From Adineta vaga (Eukaryota > Animalia > Rotifera): 64,000 bases of DNA. How positions within the stretch are numbered: the first letter of the stretch is position 1; each line of letters starts with the position of its first letter. The notes below the pieces were generated by a model. That model saw nothing but the letters and a program-made list of their open reading frames with translations, had not been told where the DNA came from and made no database searches. Made by a program: the position numbers and the translations under genes. The DNA is taken from the NCBI GenBank assembly GCA_021613535.1, contig CP075497.1, forward strand, positions 9,948,585-10,012,584, in the 5' to 3' direction. This document shows, piece by piece, positions 1 to 12,900 of this stretch.

Positions 1-2202
1 TTGCGTATAGTTTTCCGATAGAAAATCTAGATAAATAATATTCTGTAAAAAGAATTAGATTCACAATTGATGCTGCACAGATCTGATTAACAAATGTACG
101 AGGAAGATGCAGATATTTTTTTGGTTTGTAATCTAATAATTTTCATTGCACGAAAGTAATCGACCAAAGAATAATTTAGAAATATCTCTCATTTTTTCCT
201 TGTCACAACTTAATTATTTATATAAAATAATATCACTAGAAAAGGATCTAGAGACAATCGTCATAATTTAGTATATACACAATCAAGATATCGATTAATT
301 ATAGCAAGAAAGAAAATATTTCATATAAACAAAGAGACAGATTTGTTGTTCACATTAAATCTTTCCGAACCTATCATCAATTCTAGCTATTGTCACCCTA
401 ATGTTAATGAATGGACTTTTGAGATGTGCTGATATCGTATTTATTATAGGAATTAGTTTGATTTTGCTAGACATTCTATATTTGATTGATAAATAATTCG
501 ATTAATTGAAAAGAAATTGTGGAGCTTGACGAAAAAAGTACGGCTGTTTTTGTTTCATAAAGATGACAAAAATACATTCACCTTCAGTTGCCATTGAACT
601 TTGGTTTATAAGATATCATATCTGTTTATTCAGCTGTTTGGAGATATTATTCGTGATGTATCATCTACTGCTTTGAAAAATGATATCAATATACTAAATA
701 TTATGAATTTTCTATTGATTGATCGCATGTAGTAAAATTTTAAACTAAACTTTTCAGTCAACAGAAATTGTGTTTACGAAGATCTCAAGGATTATGTACC
801 AGTTTAGACTGGATATTCCACGATTTTATTTTATTATTAATTATAAATTAAATCAAATGTTTCTCTTTCTAAAAAAAAGCACAATAATTTCGTTGGTTTC
901 TTAATCTTCTCAAAGATGATAAATAAAATATAATTCTCATGTAAAATGAGATTCATTTCCTAAGAATTTAACAAATGAGAAAAGGAAAGATTCACAATGT
1001 AAATCTCATATTCTTCTACATTCACATTAGTTAGTAGAACTTCTCAACAATCAACATACATCAGTATTCTTCTTTAAAAATCGAAACAAATCTTTTCGAT
1101 TGTATATGACATTTAGACAATGGAAGAAAAGGTGTGAAGAATCTATTTCAATCCATTCGATCATTATCCAATGTAATCGGCATTATCAGAATATGTCAGT
1201 GATGAACCTTTTGATTGACATGTACTGTTTCTGCAATTAATCTGATTGTTTGAACTTTGAAGATGTGTTGCATAGACATGATAAAAGAGATCTGTTCGAG
1301 TTATTATATTGATAGAATAGCTTTCAAATAGAAGTTGCAAGTAGTTCGGATGATGAAAAATGTCTGTATAGTTCTTATGTAACAATAATTTTTGAGTAAA
1401 AAAGAAACTAGTTTGTGTTTATCGTTTATCTTCGTATATCTAAATCGATAAATATATTCGTTAGTGATTAAAACATTGTCACTAAATATAGGATGAATCT
1501 ATAATTCAAAAGTTTCCTAGATTATTTTCTTCTAATAACTTTTTCATTCATCTAAAACGATCAAACATAGACCGGAAAGTATTTATTGAACACTCTTGAG
1601 TTTGTATTCTTTAATAGTTCACTTTCATTTGGTGCCGTTCAGAAAAGGAAGTTATGTAAGAATGAATGATGCCGATCTTCATATGTTAAAAAAACATTTC
1701 TTATTATAACATCCGTTTTAAATGCATTCATCAACGTTAAAATGTTCTTAATTACCAGTTCACATAACCACATATTATATATCACATCCTGTGTCGAAAA
1801 AGAATTCAATACAATACTTTTTATTTTGAATACTCAAGGATTTCATATTCTATGTCTTTCTTTGTAATAAGAACGAATATGACTAAATTAATCTTTTTTA
1901 CTTTCATGAGCAACAGAAGTGCTCGTTATCTTCTATTGATAATAATAATAGCATGTGATCATGTGTATGACGTCAATCGCTGAAAATATTCTTTCCTATT
2001 AGAATTCTAGTACATCTTAGTTGATGTTTTCATTCGTTGGTAACATTTTACATAAAATTGAAAAGAAAAAGAAAGAATTAATGTATATAGATATAATATA
2101 TATGTCCGTTTTATATAATATAAAGACAATAATAAACACAAAATGATGAAATATTTCAACTTGAAAAAATAAATGTTTATTAATAAAAGAAAAAGAAAAC
2201 GA

Positions 2203-2535
2203 CTAGGCCATGCTCGATATAGTTTTCCATGAATTCGTTTGTAAATTATCGGCAGGATTTGCTGTAGATACATGTTGATAATCTATCATTGATATACGAT
2301 TTAAGATTTCGATTTGTTTTTCAACAATTAAGATATTTTCTTCGATATCTTTTTCGTCCATTAGTAATGCTGATTTCATTCGTATGAAATGTTCATAATC
2401 ATCATATTGTTCATTGGAAAAATATTTTCGAAGAATGGCTGTTACAATACGACTACGACGATCAATGCCATCTTTTAATGATTTAGCTTCATCATGTTTT
2501 TGTTGTGCTTTATCACGTCGATCAATTAAACTTGC
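2203..2535 (-). CDS. Shroom-like terminal exon, ASD2 C-terminal half. Stop (TAG) at 2203-2205.
   Basis: Acceptor tcttatgtcttag|GCAAG. Translation ASLIDRRDKAQQKHDEAKSLKDGIDRRSRIVTAILRKYFSNEQYDDYEHFIRMKSALLMDEKDIEENILIVEKQIEILNRISMIDYQHVSTANPADNLQTNSWKTISSMA*. Confidence 0.7.
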   Translation of the reverse strand, partial: ASLIDRRDKAQQKHDEAKSLKDGIDRRSRIVTAILRKYFSNEQYDDYEHFIRMKSALLMDEKDIEENILIVEKQIEILNRISMIDYQHVSTANPADNLQTNSWKTISSMA

Positions 2536-5500
2536 CTAAGACATAAGAATCGAAATAAAATGGCAGATTTCATTCAGAATTACCTTGGTCTGTTCATTGT
2601 TTTCCGGTAGTATTAATAAATCATTTTCAACTTTAGCTAATCGACTACTGAGCTTAAGTAAAACTGATGTTATTGTATCGATTTCATTGATATGTAATTT
2701 GAATTTTTCAATTTCATTGGCTTCTGCATTACTTTCAATGACATTAATAAGCTAAAACGGAAGATAAGTATTAACATAGATAGTTATTGATTTCATACCT
2801 TAGCACCAAGCATTTTATTATCTTCAATTTCTTCAATAATAACTCGTTGATTTTCTTTCAAATTTTCCAAACGTTTTTTCAAACTTATTAACAAATCTTC
2901 CTAAAAGAGAAATACCAACATGAATCATTCTCAATCATTAATTCTTCTATTTTTACCGCTTGTCGAAGAGTATCATCATCATCATTAAAAATACAACTAT
3001 CATTCGATACTGTTCGATGAATATAATCGGATGATGAATTACTTGATGTAGTTATTGAACTAGTATCACCACCTGAACTTTGTCTTGAACGTATTCTTCG
3101 TAAACGATCAGGTATTGGAAATAATGATCGACTATAGTCAGTACTGAGATGATAGTCACTGGAAATAGACAAACGTGCTAATTCATTTAATGAATGATGA
3201 TGAGAGTAACGAAGAAGAAATTCTTTTAAATTCGATTGTAAATCATTTTCATCACGTGATGGAAAACGTCGAATGTTATTCGAAGTTTTATTTGGAAGTT
3301 TTTGAGCAGAACTTATGGGTGATGCTGAGAACAGACCGGGTTTAGCAAGTGAATATGTTTTCGATGTTGTCAATGGACGTGTTGTGAGAACCGATGATTC
3401 AGTCGCAAGTGGCGGAGAACGTTGAATTGCTTTGACGATTCGAATCGGTTTTCGAATAGTTGGTGCTGGAACAAATGATGTTTGATTCAATGTAGATTCG
3501 AAATATGTTTCAGAAGCCGAAAGAACTGGAGGAGGAGGTGGTGGCGGTGGCGGTGGCGGCGGCGGTGGTGGTGGTGTTCGTGGAGGTTGTAATTGTCTGA
3601 ACGATAAGTCATTCCACGATCGTCTAAATAATCATATTTATGTATATTACTATTTCTAACATTGGATTCAATAAAATTAAAAAGAATGCACTGCTAAATG
3701 TCTGTAATATAATTAGGTTATTCTTTCGACCTATAACTGAAGAAGAGAATCAGGACAGGTGTCAGGTAGATTAATTTCATTTCTCGAGAAGTAAAAAAGT
3801 AAGATAAATATATGTGAAATATCTACTATGCTTGTTTTCTTTTTCTCTTTCCAGTTCAAAACAATGTCTATCTACTATTTTATTATCTCCAATGGTGAGT
3901 TTCTTTCCACTTTAAAACAAATTTTTATCGTTATTTTCATATCACAGAAAACATCGTTGTATGCAATCGAACTGATTTATCATGTTATGTCATATGAATG
4001 ATAAAGAGAATGAGAATATCGATGAAATAGTTATTTGCTAGATGATATCATGTTCTATTGAGGTATGTTTGATCATTTTGAAAACTATTGCTCACATTAA
4101 GATATTAGAAATGTGATGCGGTATAGTCAAATTAATATACTGACAGATGACAAGTGTCTAACCTGTCATTCTGTTATTCGATATTTCATGCATAAAAAGA
4201 AAGTCCACTGCTCAAAGGGATTGTACAGTGACGTGTAAAATTGAGCGGCAAGTCTTTTGATAAATAATTCAAGTTTATGAATTGCAAATTCTATTCATTG
4301 TACATCGTACAATTATTTTCATTTATAAACATCTGATATTTTGATTCGTACTCTTTCATCGAATATTTAAACGATGTCTATGTCAAGATAAGACTAGTAA
4401 AACATCTTGAACTGTGTAATAGATGTTTGTTTTTCTATCAAGGAAATCATTTGTTTCTATATGTCGACTAATGTCTGAGCACAGTTTACCTTTTCTTTTC
4501 ACCTGCCATCATTATCATCAACGTAGTTTAATATATAGCTTTTACTATTTTGACTAATCTATTTGCAAACAATGTAAAATGTCGATCGCATAGAAGAGTC
4601 TATCCTTGTCCTTTTTCCTTTCATTGAAACGCAGAAAAAAAGAAGCAAAAAAAGCTGTCTATACCTTGTTATATTACGTTGAGGATTATTATTTAATATT
4701 GTCTGTTGTAAAAGATTATGATTATTAGTATTATTTTGAGAATGATTGGATGGAGATAAAGTATACAATTTGGGTTTCGTTGGTAAAACATTAGTTTGAA
4801 TTGATGATAAGGAAAGATTTGATGGAGTATTGTCTGTATAGATACGATTTTCAAAAAACTCGCGTTTTGATTGAAAATCATTTTCCTGTGTTGGAACGGC
4901 CGGTGATCTGGAAATAATATGTGGTGTTCTTGTTTGTTGACCAACTAATTTTGGCCGAAGAATATGTTCATTTGACGAAGGAATATCTTGAAAATTTAAA
5001 TGTGTATTTGAACGCATATGATATTCATTTAAGGCATCTTTTGACACGGATCGTTTGAAATTAGAAAACATATCATTAGTTCCATTCATTGATATTGAAC
5101 GTGATTTTTCACGTAAACGCTCAGTATAGGATGCTTGAGTGTCTTCTAAAGAAGTATCACTTGCTACAAAAAAAGAAAAGAAAGTATTAAAAAATGCCAA
5201 TCGATGCAAATTTGAAAAAAAATCTTAGCCATGCTGAATTGAAAGTAGGAAGAATAGAGAATAAAAAATCGATAGTCCAATCTGACGCCTTCAGAAAAAG
5301 AAAAGCATTCTTCATGTTTTATACACATCGACATAAAAGAGGAAAAAGAAAAGAATAACGAGTCTTTCTTTTCTTTTATTATTTCTAGCAAGATAAAGAA
5401 CTAAAGAAAGAAAAGAAGCGAGATAAATTTTATGTCTTTCATGATTTTTTTCAATAGATATATATATATATGTGACGAAATGAATTAGACAAGAAAATAG

Positions 5501-8500
5501 GGAATTATTTCGAAAATTGAATTAAAAAGTTAAAGTATCATATAGACTAGTTTGATTTACAAACGTTATATAAACACTTCAAGAAATCAAAGAACTGACT
5601 AAAACATGAAATAAAATGAACGATCGATGGCAATGATCACGAATATTTGAAGAGTTTTTTTTCTCTTTCTCTCAAGGATATATTCATTTCAAAAACAATT
5701 AATGTCATTGAGACAGTTGCGTGATGATAAGTAAAACGACGCCAAATAGATCAGAATGTTTTTGTGTGAATAAGAGAAAAGAAAACGGATGCAAGGTTAT
5801 TAAAACATACCATTTCTTGGACAACCATTACTAAATCTGTATTCTTCATTGTACGAATTGATTTGTTCTTTTGTTGATAATATATCTGTGTGATTGACAT
5901 TCATTGAATCATTGTTGTAACTTGAACTACAAATAAGAACTCATTTATATACTGTATAGATGATACATAAGGTTTCTGATCAGTTGTATAAAAAATTCAA
6001 TATTTACAAAAGAAATGAAAATGACTTTTTACCTAATAATATTATTTGGTATTGGTATTGATTCTGATTGTTTAGTCTATAGATTTTATAAAATCGAATA
6101 AATTTATAAACTTTTTCCATTTTCAATTAACTTACTTGTTCGGCAGTCTTTAATGTCATTGTTGTTAATCCGGAATGTTTATCTAATGTAGATGGTGAAG
6201 GTGGAGGAGGCCAGAAAGCTTGAACAGAATCGGATAATATAACGGGTTTTGTTTTTGTTATCGAGTCATTATTCGTTTCTGAAGATGATGATTTTAATTT
6301 CCAATCGATTAATGCAGATTGAACAACTTTCTTTTGATGTGTTTTATTGACGTTCGTATTAGTATTATTATTATTATTATTATTATTCGTAATAGAAAAT
6401 GTTGAACTTGACAAAGTTTCATCTTCAGCATTGAGTGGAATTCGACTTGACTGTTGATAATCATTATCATGAAGTTGAGATTCATATGATGGATAAGATG
6501 ATGATGAATTTGTACTAAGACTATTGATACTCACATTAGATATCGTTCGGTTTGCTGTTGAAATAATTTTCGGATTCTTTTTTGATGATGATGATACTGA
6601 TGACGATGATGATGAAGATGATAATGTATTTGTGTTATTGATAGGAGGATAAAGATAATAATGATATTGTGGAGGTGTTGTAATAATAAGTGTTGATGTT
6701 TGCATCAGTGTCGATTCATCTCCATTAGATAATGATTTTGGTGGTGAAAGAAAGAAGGGCTCTTTTTGTACTGTTTGATGATTGTGTAAAACATAATCAC
6801 ATTTCGGATCGGTTACCGGTCGAAAAAGAAGACCATTGTCTAATGAATCTCCTTCATCAGATTTAATAATTGTTGGAGAAGAATTCGTTGACATCGATAT
6901 AGAATTTGTAATACCATTACTGTTTGTACACAGTGGGATAGATGAATCTAAATAACGAACGATATTATAAAAAAAAGAAAAGAAAAGAAGAACAAAAAGA
7001 AAATGAAAGAAAGAAAATGAAAAAACCTTCGAATACACTCTACGTACACTTTCGAACATGTCATCATCGTCAACTCTTCTATTGACCTTCTTTCATACAC
7101 TTACCGATGTTAGAAGAACTAGTAGCACTGATATTCTTGTCCGTTGATGTTGAGACAAGAGACATCATTGATTGCCGTTCGCTAGTCTGATTTGTTGTGA
7201 CCTTGTCAAATGTATGAATATCTTCTTTTGATATTTCACAATGATTATTATTATCGTTTGAATATACAGGAAGAATGGATTCGACATCCGTACTGAGACG
7301 TTGATTTCCGTTTGTCCCTGTTGTTAATGTCGTCTGCTGTTTAGCTTTTCGTTGAGCACGTAGTTGGGTGGACGATGTACGTCGCAATTGTTTGTTTTCT
7401 TCGGTCGATATCGATGACTTGTTATTACTGCTATTCGAACGGCCAATAAGACTTAAAAATCCATTACTAAGTAATTTTTTTGCAGATGTTGAAGATGATG
7501 ATGATGATGATGAAGAGGAAGGTGATTGTTGTGAAATTTGTGGATTGATGATTGTATTGAGTGAAGATGTTTTAACAAGTAAACTATTCAACGGCATAGA
7601 TTTATCAACTGATAATGATTGTCGTTTTATTAAATCTAAAGGAGAAAAGAAGAAAAAAAATATTCGTCATTGAATGATTGAAAAAAAAAGTGAAGGAGAG
7701 GTCATTCGTACTTGTATTAGAATTGTTCGTATTATTCGATTCTTTTTTTTGCGAGACGTTGTTGCTGCCGTCATTGAAAGTGACTGTAGCAGTGGTAGTA
7801 GTGCAATGAAGGTGAGTAGCAGCAGTTGTTACTCGTCGACTAGTAGTGTGGTTTAGTTCGTCGACATTTTCTTTTTTCTCTTCTTCTTCTTCTTCTTCTT
7901 CTTCTTGTCGTCGGCTATCGTTGTTACTCTCTTCTTTCGAAAGCGGTGAGGGAGAGAGAGAAAAAGAACGAAGAATTGTACGTGTGGTAGTGGTCAATGG
8001 GTTAGCAGCGATTGTCCTCCTCGTTGTTTCATTTCTCTTATTTTCTCTCAATGTCTCGGCAAGACGTTGATCATCACATAGCTTCTTTTGTTCATCATTG
8101 TCACCATCGCCATTAACATTACCACCACTGGACAAAGGTGATGAAGACGCAATTGTAGCTGTTGGCCGATAATTATTACTACTGCTACTTGTTAAATTAG
8201 TACAACAGCAACGACTTTCCTTGACCGATATTGGTGATATTGAGCGAATGTTTCGAGGCAACTGACAATCAAAATGAACAGATTTTTTTATTCGATTGTT
8301 ATTATTTGTATTTGTTGGTGATTTTAAACAACCATTATTAGACACACTTGTCCTATATATATATATAGACATATATATGTATGCAGATGAGAACTTAAAT
8401 TGAATGAAAAAAAAATAACAACGAACTGACAATCGCTTGTTAGATAGTTGTTGATTAGTATTTCATTCAAAAAGAGAAAGAGAGAGACAAAGAGAAAAGT

Positions 8501-9923
8501 AAATATAGACAGACTGATGTGAATTTCACTTACGATTCTGTTTGATCTCGTTGCTGTTGCTGCTTTAATCCATCAGTATTGTTTGTCGTGATTGTGACGT
8601 TTGCAATAGGAGATATTTGAGCTGTTCTGATGATAGCTTTTGCCGAACGCGTTTGATTATGATGACGATTAGGTGACATTGACATAGTCATTACACTACG
8701 TGTTGTTTTTATTGTTGGAGAACTAATGTTGTCTCCATTTGTATCAATATTCAATGTTTGTGAAGTAAATCCTGCATATTGATTCAAAGACGACCCAATG
8801 GAAGATGACAATGATGGTTCATGACCTTTAGAACAAGTGAATGGAATAGAAGTAGTGAAAAGAGAAGAAACTGGAGATGATGACGAACGAATGGTATTTG
8901 CTTGAGAGACTGGTGATGAAAATTTGTAATCGATCTGTGGAGTATTCTCTCGTTGATATTCATTCAAAAGAGGACGAATAGATGATGAATAAATACGTTC
9001 GTAACTAGGACTTCGTCGTCGAGATGTTTGAGAAAGAATAGTTGAAGATAAAGATGTAACTGTATTTGTCGTTGTTACTGATGAAGCAGTAGACGTATCA
9101 CTGATAAAATCACTAGTATCAAGTGAAGGTGATGCACGTGTTGTAATTTGCACTATTGTATCAACGGAAGATGATGAAGATGATGACGAAGGTTCACGTC
9201 GTTGAGTCGATAAACTATTTGTACGATTCTATTCAAAGAGACGAAAAATTATATGAAGACAATAGTATTATGCAATAAAACTGATAACAAAATATGGCCT
9301 TTGAATATTGCTTAATTGAGTAAGTATGTTATAAAGAATTAAGCTAGATTATATATTCCGGAAAGTTCAATGACAAAGAATATATATATATATATACATG
9401 AACATTGGCTTTTATTACATACCGAAGATAAATTGGAGAGTTTTTCAGGTTGTTGATCAATATGATAACGATCATATTTTTCATTGAATGAAGCAGGTCT
9501 TCCTATTGGTCTTTGATGTTGTTGTTGTTGTTGTTGTGTTGGTTGGTAATATCTTGCCACTTTCGGTCTCATTCGTACTCGATGAAGATTTCTATATGAA
9601 ACTGGTAATTCATTATCGAAACGTTTTCCCGAAGGTGGTAAACCATGTTCATATAGAACGGAAGGACTCCAACTTGCTCGTTTCGATGAACGTCTTTCAT
9701 CAGCAAAATCATTACGTCCGATGACCTTAGATATTTCATTATATAGATAGTCAGAAGATGGTGATGGTTTTTCCATTGAGAATGGTATATGATCTTGTCT
9801 TATGGCGTGACATTGAATTGTTGAATGGTGATCTCTATATGGTAGAGATTCTGAAGATGCTCTTACTTTTTTTTCATCAAGTAATATGGTTTTATCATCG
9901 ATTTTTATTTCCGCGAATCGCAT
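2203..9923 (-). CDS. Shroom-family-like protein, gene-level span. About 11 exons and ~1650 aa. Large S/T/N/P-rich low-complexity body with a C-terminal ASD2 (Apx/Shroom domain 2). No PDZ domain seen.
   Basis: The last four exons translate to ...DTITSVLLKLSSRLAKVENDLLILPENNEQTK / ASLIDRRDKAQQKHDEAKSLKDGIDRRSRIVTAILRKYFSNEQYDDYEHFIRMKSALLMDEKDIEE... These match the Shroom3 ASD2 segments LLLSLSGRLARVENAL and [59 protein letters not shown]. Upstream minus-strand long ORFs are joined by GTAAGT/GTATGT donors and polyPy-AG acceptors. Assignment of the far-upstream exons to the same gene is inferred. Confidence 0.55.
2584..2751 (-). CDS. Shroom-like exon, ASD2 N-terminal half.
   Basis: ccgttttag|CTTATT ... 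CAAG|gtaattct. Translation LINVIESNAEANEIEKFKLHINEIDTITSVLLKLSSRLAKVENDLLILPENNEQTK. Confidence 0.7.
2799..2900 (-). CDS. Shroom-like exon, coiled-coil.
   Basis: tctcttttag|GAAGATTTG ... GCTAAG|gtatgaaa. Translation EDLLISLKKRLENLKENQRVIIEEIEDNKMLGAK. Confidence 0.6.
2957..3623 (-). CDS. Shroom-like exon. Begins with an 18-proline run and ends ...DDDDTLRQA.
   Basis: Acceptor tatttag|ACGATCG and donor GCG|gtaaaaatag. The long ORF 2888..3490 carries on upstream through PPPPPPPPPPPPPPPPPP (encoded by the GGN repeat at 3531-3590). Confidence 0.55.
3528..3590. repeat. (GGN)n / GGTGGC-type microsatellite. On the minus strand it encodes a ~18-residue polyproline tract.
   Basis: ggaggaggtggtggcggtggcggtggcggcggcggtggtggtggtg seen directly. 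Confidence 0.9.
4665..5163 (-). CDS. Shroom-like exon, S/N-rich.
   Basis: Acceptor ttttctttttttgtag|CAAGTG and donor ACAAG|gtatagac. Part of ORF 4559..5209. Confidence 0.45.
5811..5926 (-). CDS. Putative small exon (SSYNNDSMNVNHTDILSTKEQINSYNEEYRFSNGCPRN).
   Basis: tatttgtag|TTCAAG ... GAAATG|gtatgtttt. Supported only by splice signals and an open frame. Confidence 0.3.
6138..6947 (-). CDS. Shroom-like exon. Rich in S/N/T, with an N9 run and PPPPSPS.
   Basis: Acceptor tcgttcgttatttag|ATTCATC and donor GAACAA|gtaagttaattg. Part of ORF 6127..7059. Confidence 0.5.
6361..6391. repeat. (ATT)10 microsatellite. Encodes a poly-Asn run in the minus-strand exon.
   Basis: attattattattattattattattattc. 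Confidence 0.9.
7105..7635 (-). CDS. Shroom-like exon, poly-Ser and basic.
   Basis: Acceptor ttttttttcttcttttctcctttag|ATTTAAT and donor ATCG|gtaagtgtatg. ORF 7079..7597. Confidence 0.5.
7712..8352 (-). CDS. Shroom-like exon with E10 and S-rich tracts. Junctions uncertain.
   Basis: Acceptor tatatatatatag|GACAAGTG. Candidate donor ACAA|gtacgaatgacc joins to the 7635 exon. ORF 7605..8432. Confidence 0.35.
8534..9228 (-). CDS. Shroom-like exon, S/T-rich.
   Basis: Acceptor ctctttgaatag|AATCG and donor GAATC|gtaagtgaaattc. ORF 8530..9153 extended upstream in frame. Confidence 0.45.
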
Positions 9924-9961
9924 TTCTTTTTGTTCAATGTTCAAAACTGAAGAACAAAAAC
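9433..9961 (-). CDS. Putative first coding exon of the Shroom-like gene. Candidate ATG at 9921-9923 (MRFAEIKIDDKTILLDEKK...), then polyQ.
   Basis: Acceptor gtttttttttctctatctctag|G at 9961 suggests an upstream 5'UTR or spliced-leader acceptor. Donor TCG|gtatgtaataaaag at 9433. The ORF-track 'M' at 9944 is really a TTG. Confidence 0.4.
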
Positions 9962-12900
9962 CTAGAGATAGAGAAAAAAAAACTTTTGCTTTTTTTTTGT
10001 TTATTTACTATTAGTTGTTTAATATATTTCTGTTTTAGTTCGTCATCATCTTGTATATGTGTAATTAGCTCGAAACATATTGCTTTGTTGATAGATAAAC
10101 AAATAGAAAAGTAATTCAAGGAAACTAGTAAAACAATGTTTCAAGTACGATGAGAGAATGAAGAAGAGCAATAGCAATAATAGGACGATAAAAAATCAAT
10201 ATAATGTATATCTACCTGATTAATGGAAATTCATATGGTTATTAAGGAAAAGATTTTCCGATAAGAGATCTTTTCGATGTAATATGTAATTTAATAAAGA
10301 CAAAAAAAGACGATTAATATCGTCTTTTTTTAAATAATTTACAATAATAGATAGAAAAATATTGATCTCATTTAATAACGAGCAATATGGAAACAAGGTT
10401 TCGTAGACATCGTCTACACAAAATGAATAAATATATGTATCAATTATTTGGCTTTTTTTCTCGATGTTATTCTTCTGTAATGTTTGTCTCTCATCCTCTC
10501 TTCTGTTTTTTCTCGATTCTTTCTAACACGATACATATTCATTCTCATCTTCATCATTCTCATGATTGTCAGCTATGACAATGACACAAGTGATGACGTT
10601 CGTGTTATTCTATGCTTTATACAACATTATCAAAATAGATTCTCAGTGACGGACAATAAAGAAAAAAAAACTGAAAAGATGGAAAAAAAGTGAACAGTTG
10701 TGATAAAGATTATTCTGTTGTCTGAAATATGTTTCATTGAATCAGCATACTGATCTTCCTTCTATCAATTGTCGATAATCTATTATTCGTTCACTTCTGT
10801 TTAGTCCGAGATGAATGAAGCATAAGCACACTATCATTCTTTCCTTATGTTTAGTAGAATATGTATGAACAATTTATCATTGATTGTACTAGATTCTGAT
10901 CTACAAACAGAGTCTTATTACATCTTATGAATAGATTATGTGTGTAATGAACGAAACAATACACGTCGGTGTCTGTCTACTGGTCTGTCTAAGCCTTTTA
11001 TGCATCTTGAAAAGTATTCTCTCTGATTAAAATAAAAGTCTGAAATACTAATGTGAGCATGAAATTACTTTTCTTGGGATTCTTTTTTTTTTCGTCTTCT
11101 CTACTAAGTTGAAGTCGATATTAATGAAGGCCATATGAAGACATTCTATACTTGATATACGGAGATCGACAACTGGAGAGAAAATTCATTGCAGACAAAT
11201 AATTGTCAAGTACGTACTCATCATCATCATGTATACATAGAATAACTGGATCGTTTGTCATATTTTCTTTGAGACAACATTTGATCGGAATACTAACAGC
11301 AGCTGACCATTTTAGTATAATGAAAGAAAAAGAAAAAGAAAGAAAGAGCGTATGACACTCACATATACATGACATAATGTTCAATAGAGAAGAAGAAAAA
11401 AAAAGAAAAATGATGTAGAAAAAAGACGTGCAACATAAAGGACCCACTTTGCCTGTTTGTTCAACAGTATTAGCAACAAGCAATTGTCGTTTGTTGCTTA
11501 TGTCTCACCATTATGACCAAAAGAATGAGCGCTTAAATCGAACAGCAGTAATAACAATAAAAGAAGAAACAATCATTACATAAGTAAACTACTTGCTGGT
11601 CTGCTTGCCATTTTCTACTCGAACGGTTCTTATGTAGTGAAGGTGTCGAGGTCATCTGTACTGACTTACGAGTTACTCAATTTCGTCAGCATAATTCTTC
11701 TCCTTCTACATAATACACACATACTTATAAGTACGAACATAAACATTGATGAATAAAAAAAAACATATGATCGTTAACTAAGCCCAATGGGACGAGTCAT
11801 GTAGGAATACATGTATTGCGGAGGATGATGAAGATTTAAACCACATTCAAACAAAGATGATGCGACAGCATAGAAATAAATGCTCCCACCTTTTCTCTTA
11901 TATAATCTATTTATATATATATAAATGACAGGCCACACTTTTGTACTTACTAAAAAATGAGAGGCGATGTTTGCTATTGATATACCATTGTCTGAAATAT
12001 GTCTTTTCCTTACTAATAAGAAAATTAAGATACGTTCATAATCAACCTAAATCGATATCTGTGACATTCGATAAAGAAAAGGCAGTCGCAGACGACGTCT
12101 CCTATTTCGTCACAGGTAATAAGTTTGACTTGTTTTTTTTCTTTCTTCTTCTCGTTACTTATTGATTGCTTCTTCCTACTACGAAATAGATATTTTACTA
12201 GATTGCCTAGTTGATTTGAGAAGAATGTTGAAGGATGAACCGAACATTGGACAGGTAAATACTAAAGTATATGTGTACATACTTTTATACATAAATGTAT
12301 GTATACATATACATTTATGTATAGAAAAGAGTAGGTGATATGAATCAATTTAAAATACATTCATGTGTGTAGAAGATATACATGATTGATTAATGTAACT
12401 TGATTTGTGCATTGAAAAGCGGTGCTTAATAATGCTGATATTAGTATAGTTTCGTCATAGAAGCGTTACCATCAATCGCTTTTTCTTCTCGTTTTTTTTT
12501 GATGATTATCGTATCCGTCGAGGTGCACATATGTGAATGAACATATACAAGGCAATAATGGAGGTCACACGAGAAAAATTGTGCATCTTGAAAATGAAAA
12601 CGATAAAATAACTAATTTAATCCTTATCGATAGACAGTATTCAAATAGATCGCAGCCCTGAACTGCCAAAACACTTGAAAATTCATATCATGCCGTTTGT
12701 ATCTAAAGGCAATCATCGGTCCGTTTTCTTTTTCTTCTATTTGACAGTATATATATATCGTTAGGTTTATATTCAAGGTTTCGTTTTTTGACGATGACGA
12801 TTATTACTAACTATAATTATAATGATTAAAAAAAGAAAGAAAAACGGAAAAATAATATAAGATTCATTCATCAATATGATTTAGTAACATTGAAAAATCG

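Noticed and set aside
1-2200. Several 60-90 aa ORFs (1164-1385 -, 2007-2273 -) at the window start.
   Set aside because: AT-rich, Leu/Ile/Tyr/Lys-biased chance frames typical of intergenic or 3'UTR sequence. The 2007-2273 ORF overlaps the Shroom-like stop region in another frame.
7368-8070. Plus-strand ORFs (7368-7673, 7674-7856, 7846-8070) encoding D/E- and S-rich peptides.
   Set aside because: They are the antisense reading of the poly-Ser and poly-Glu microsatellite tracts of the minus-strand Shroom-like exons. Repeat-driven open frames, with no splice signals or start context.
11941-12256. Plus-strand ORF 11941-12165 and mini-exon 12190-12256 (ATGTTGAAGGATGAACCGAACATTGGACAG) as 5' exons of the kinase-like gene.
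   Set aside because: Splicing 12256 to 17102 gives an immediate in-frame stop in the ATG frame, and the phase is incompatible. Kept only as a hint that the region is transcribed. Not annotated as CDS.
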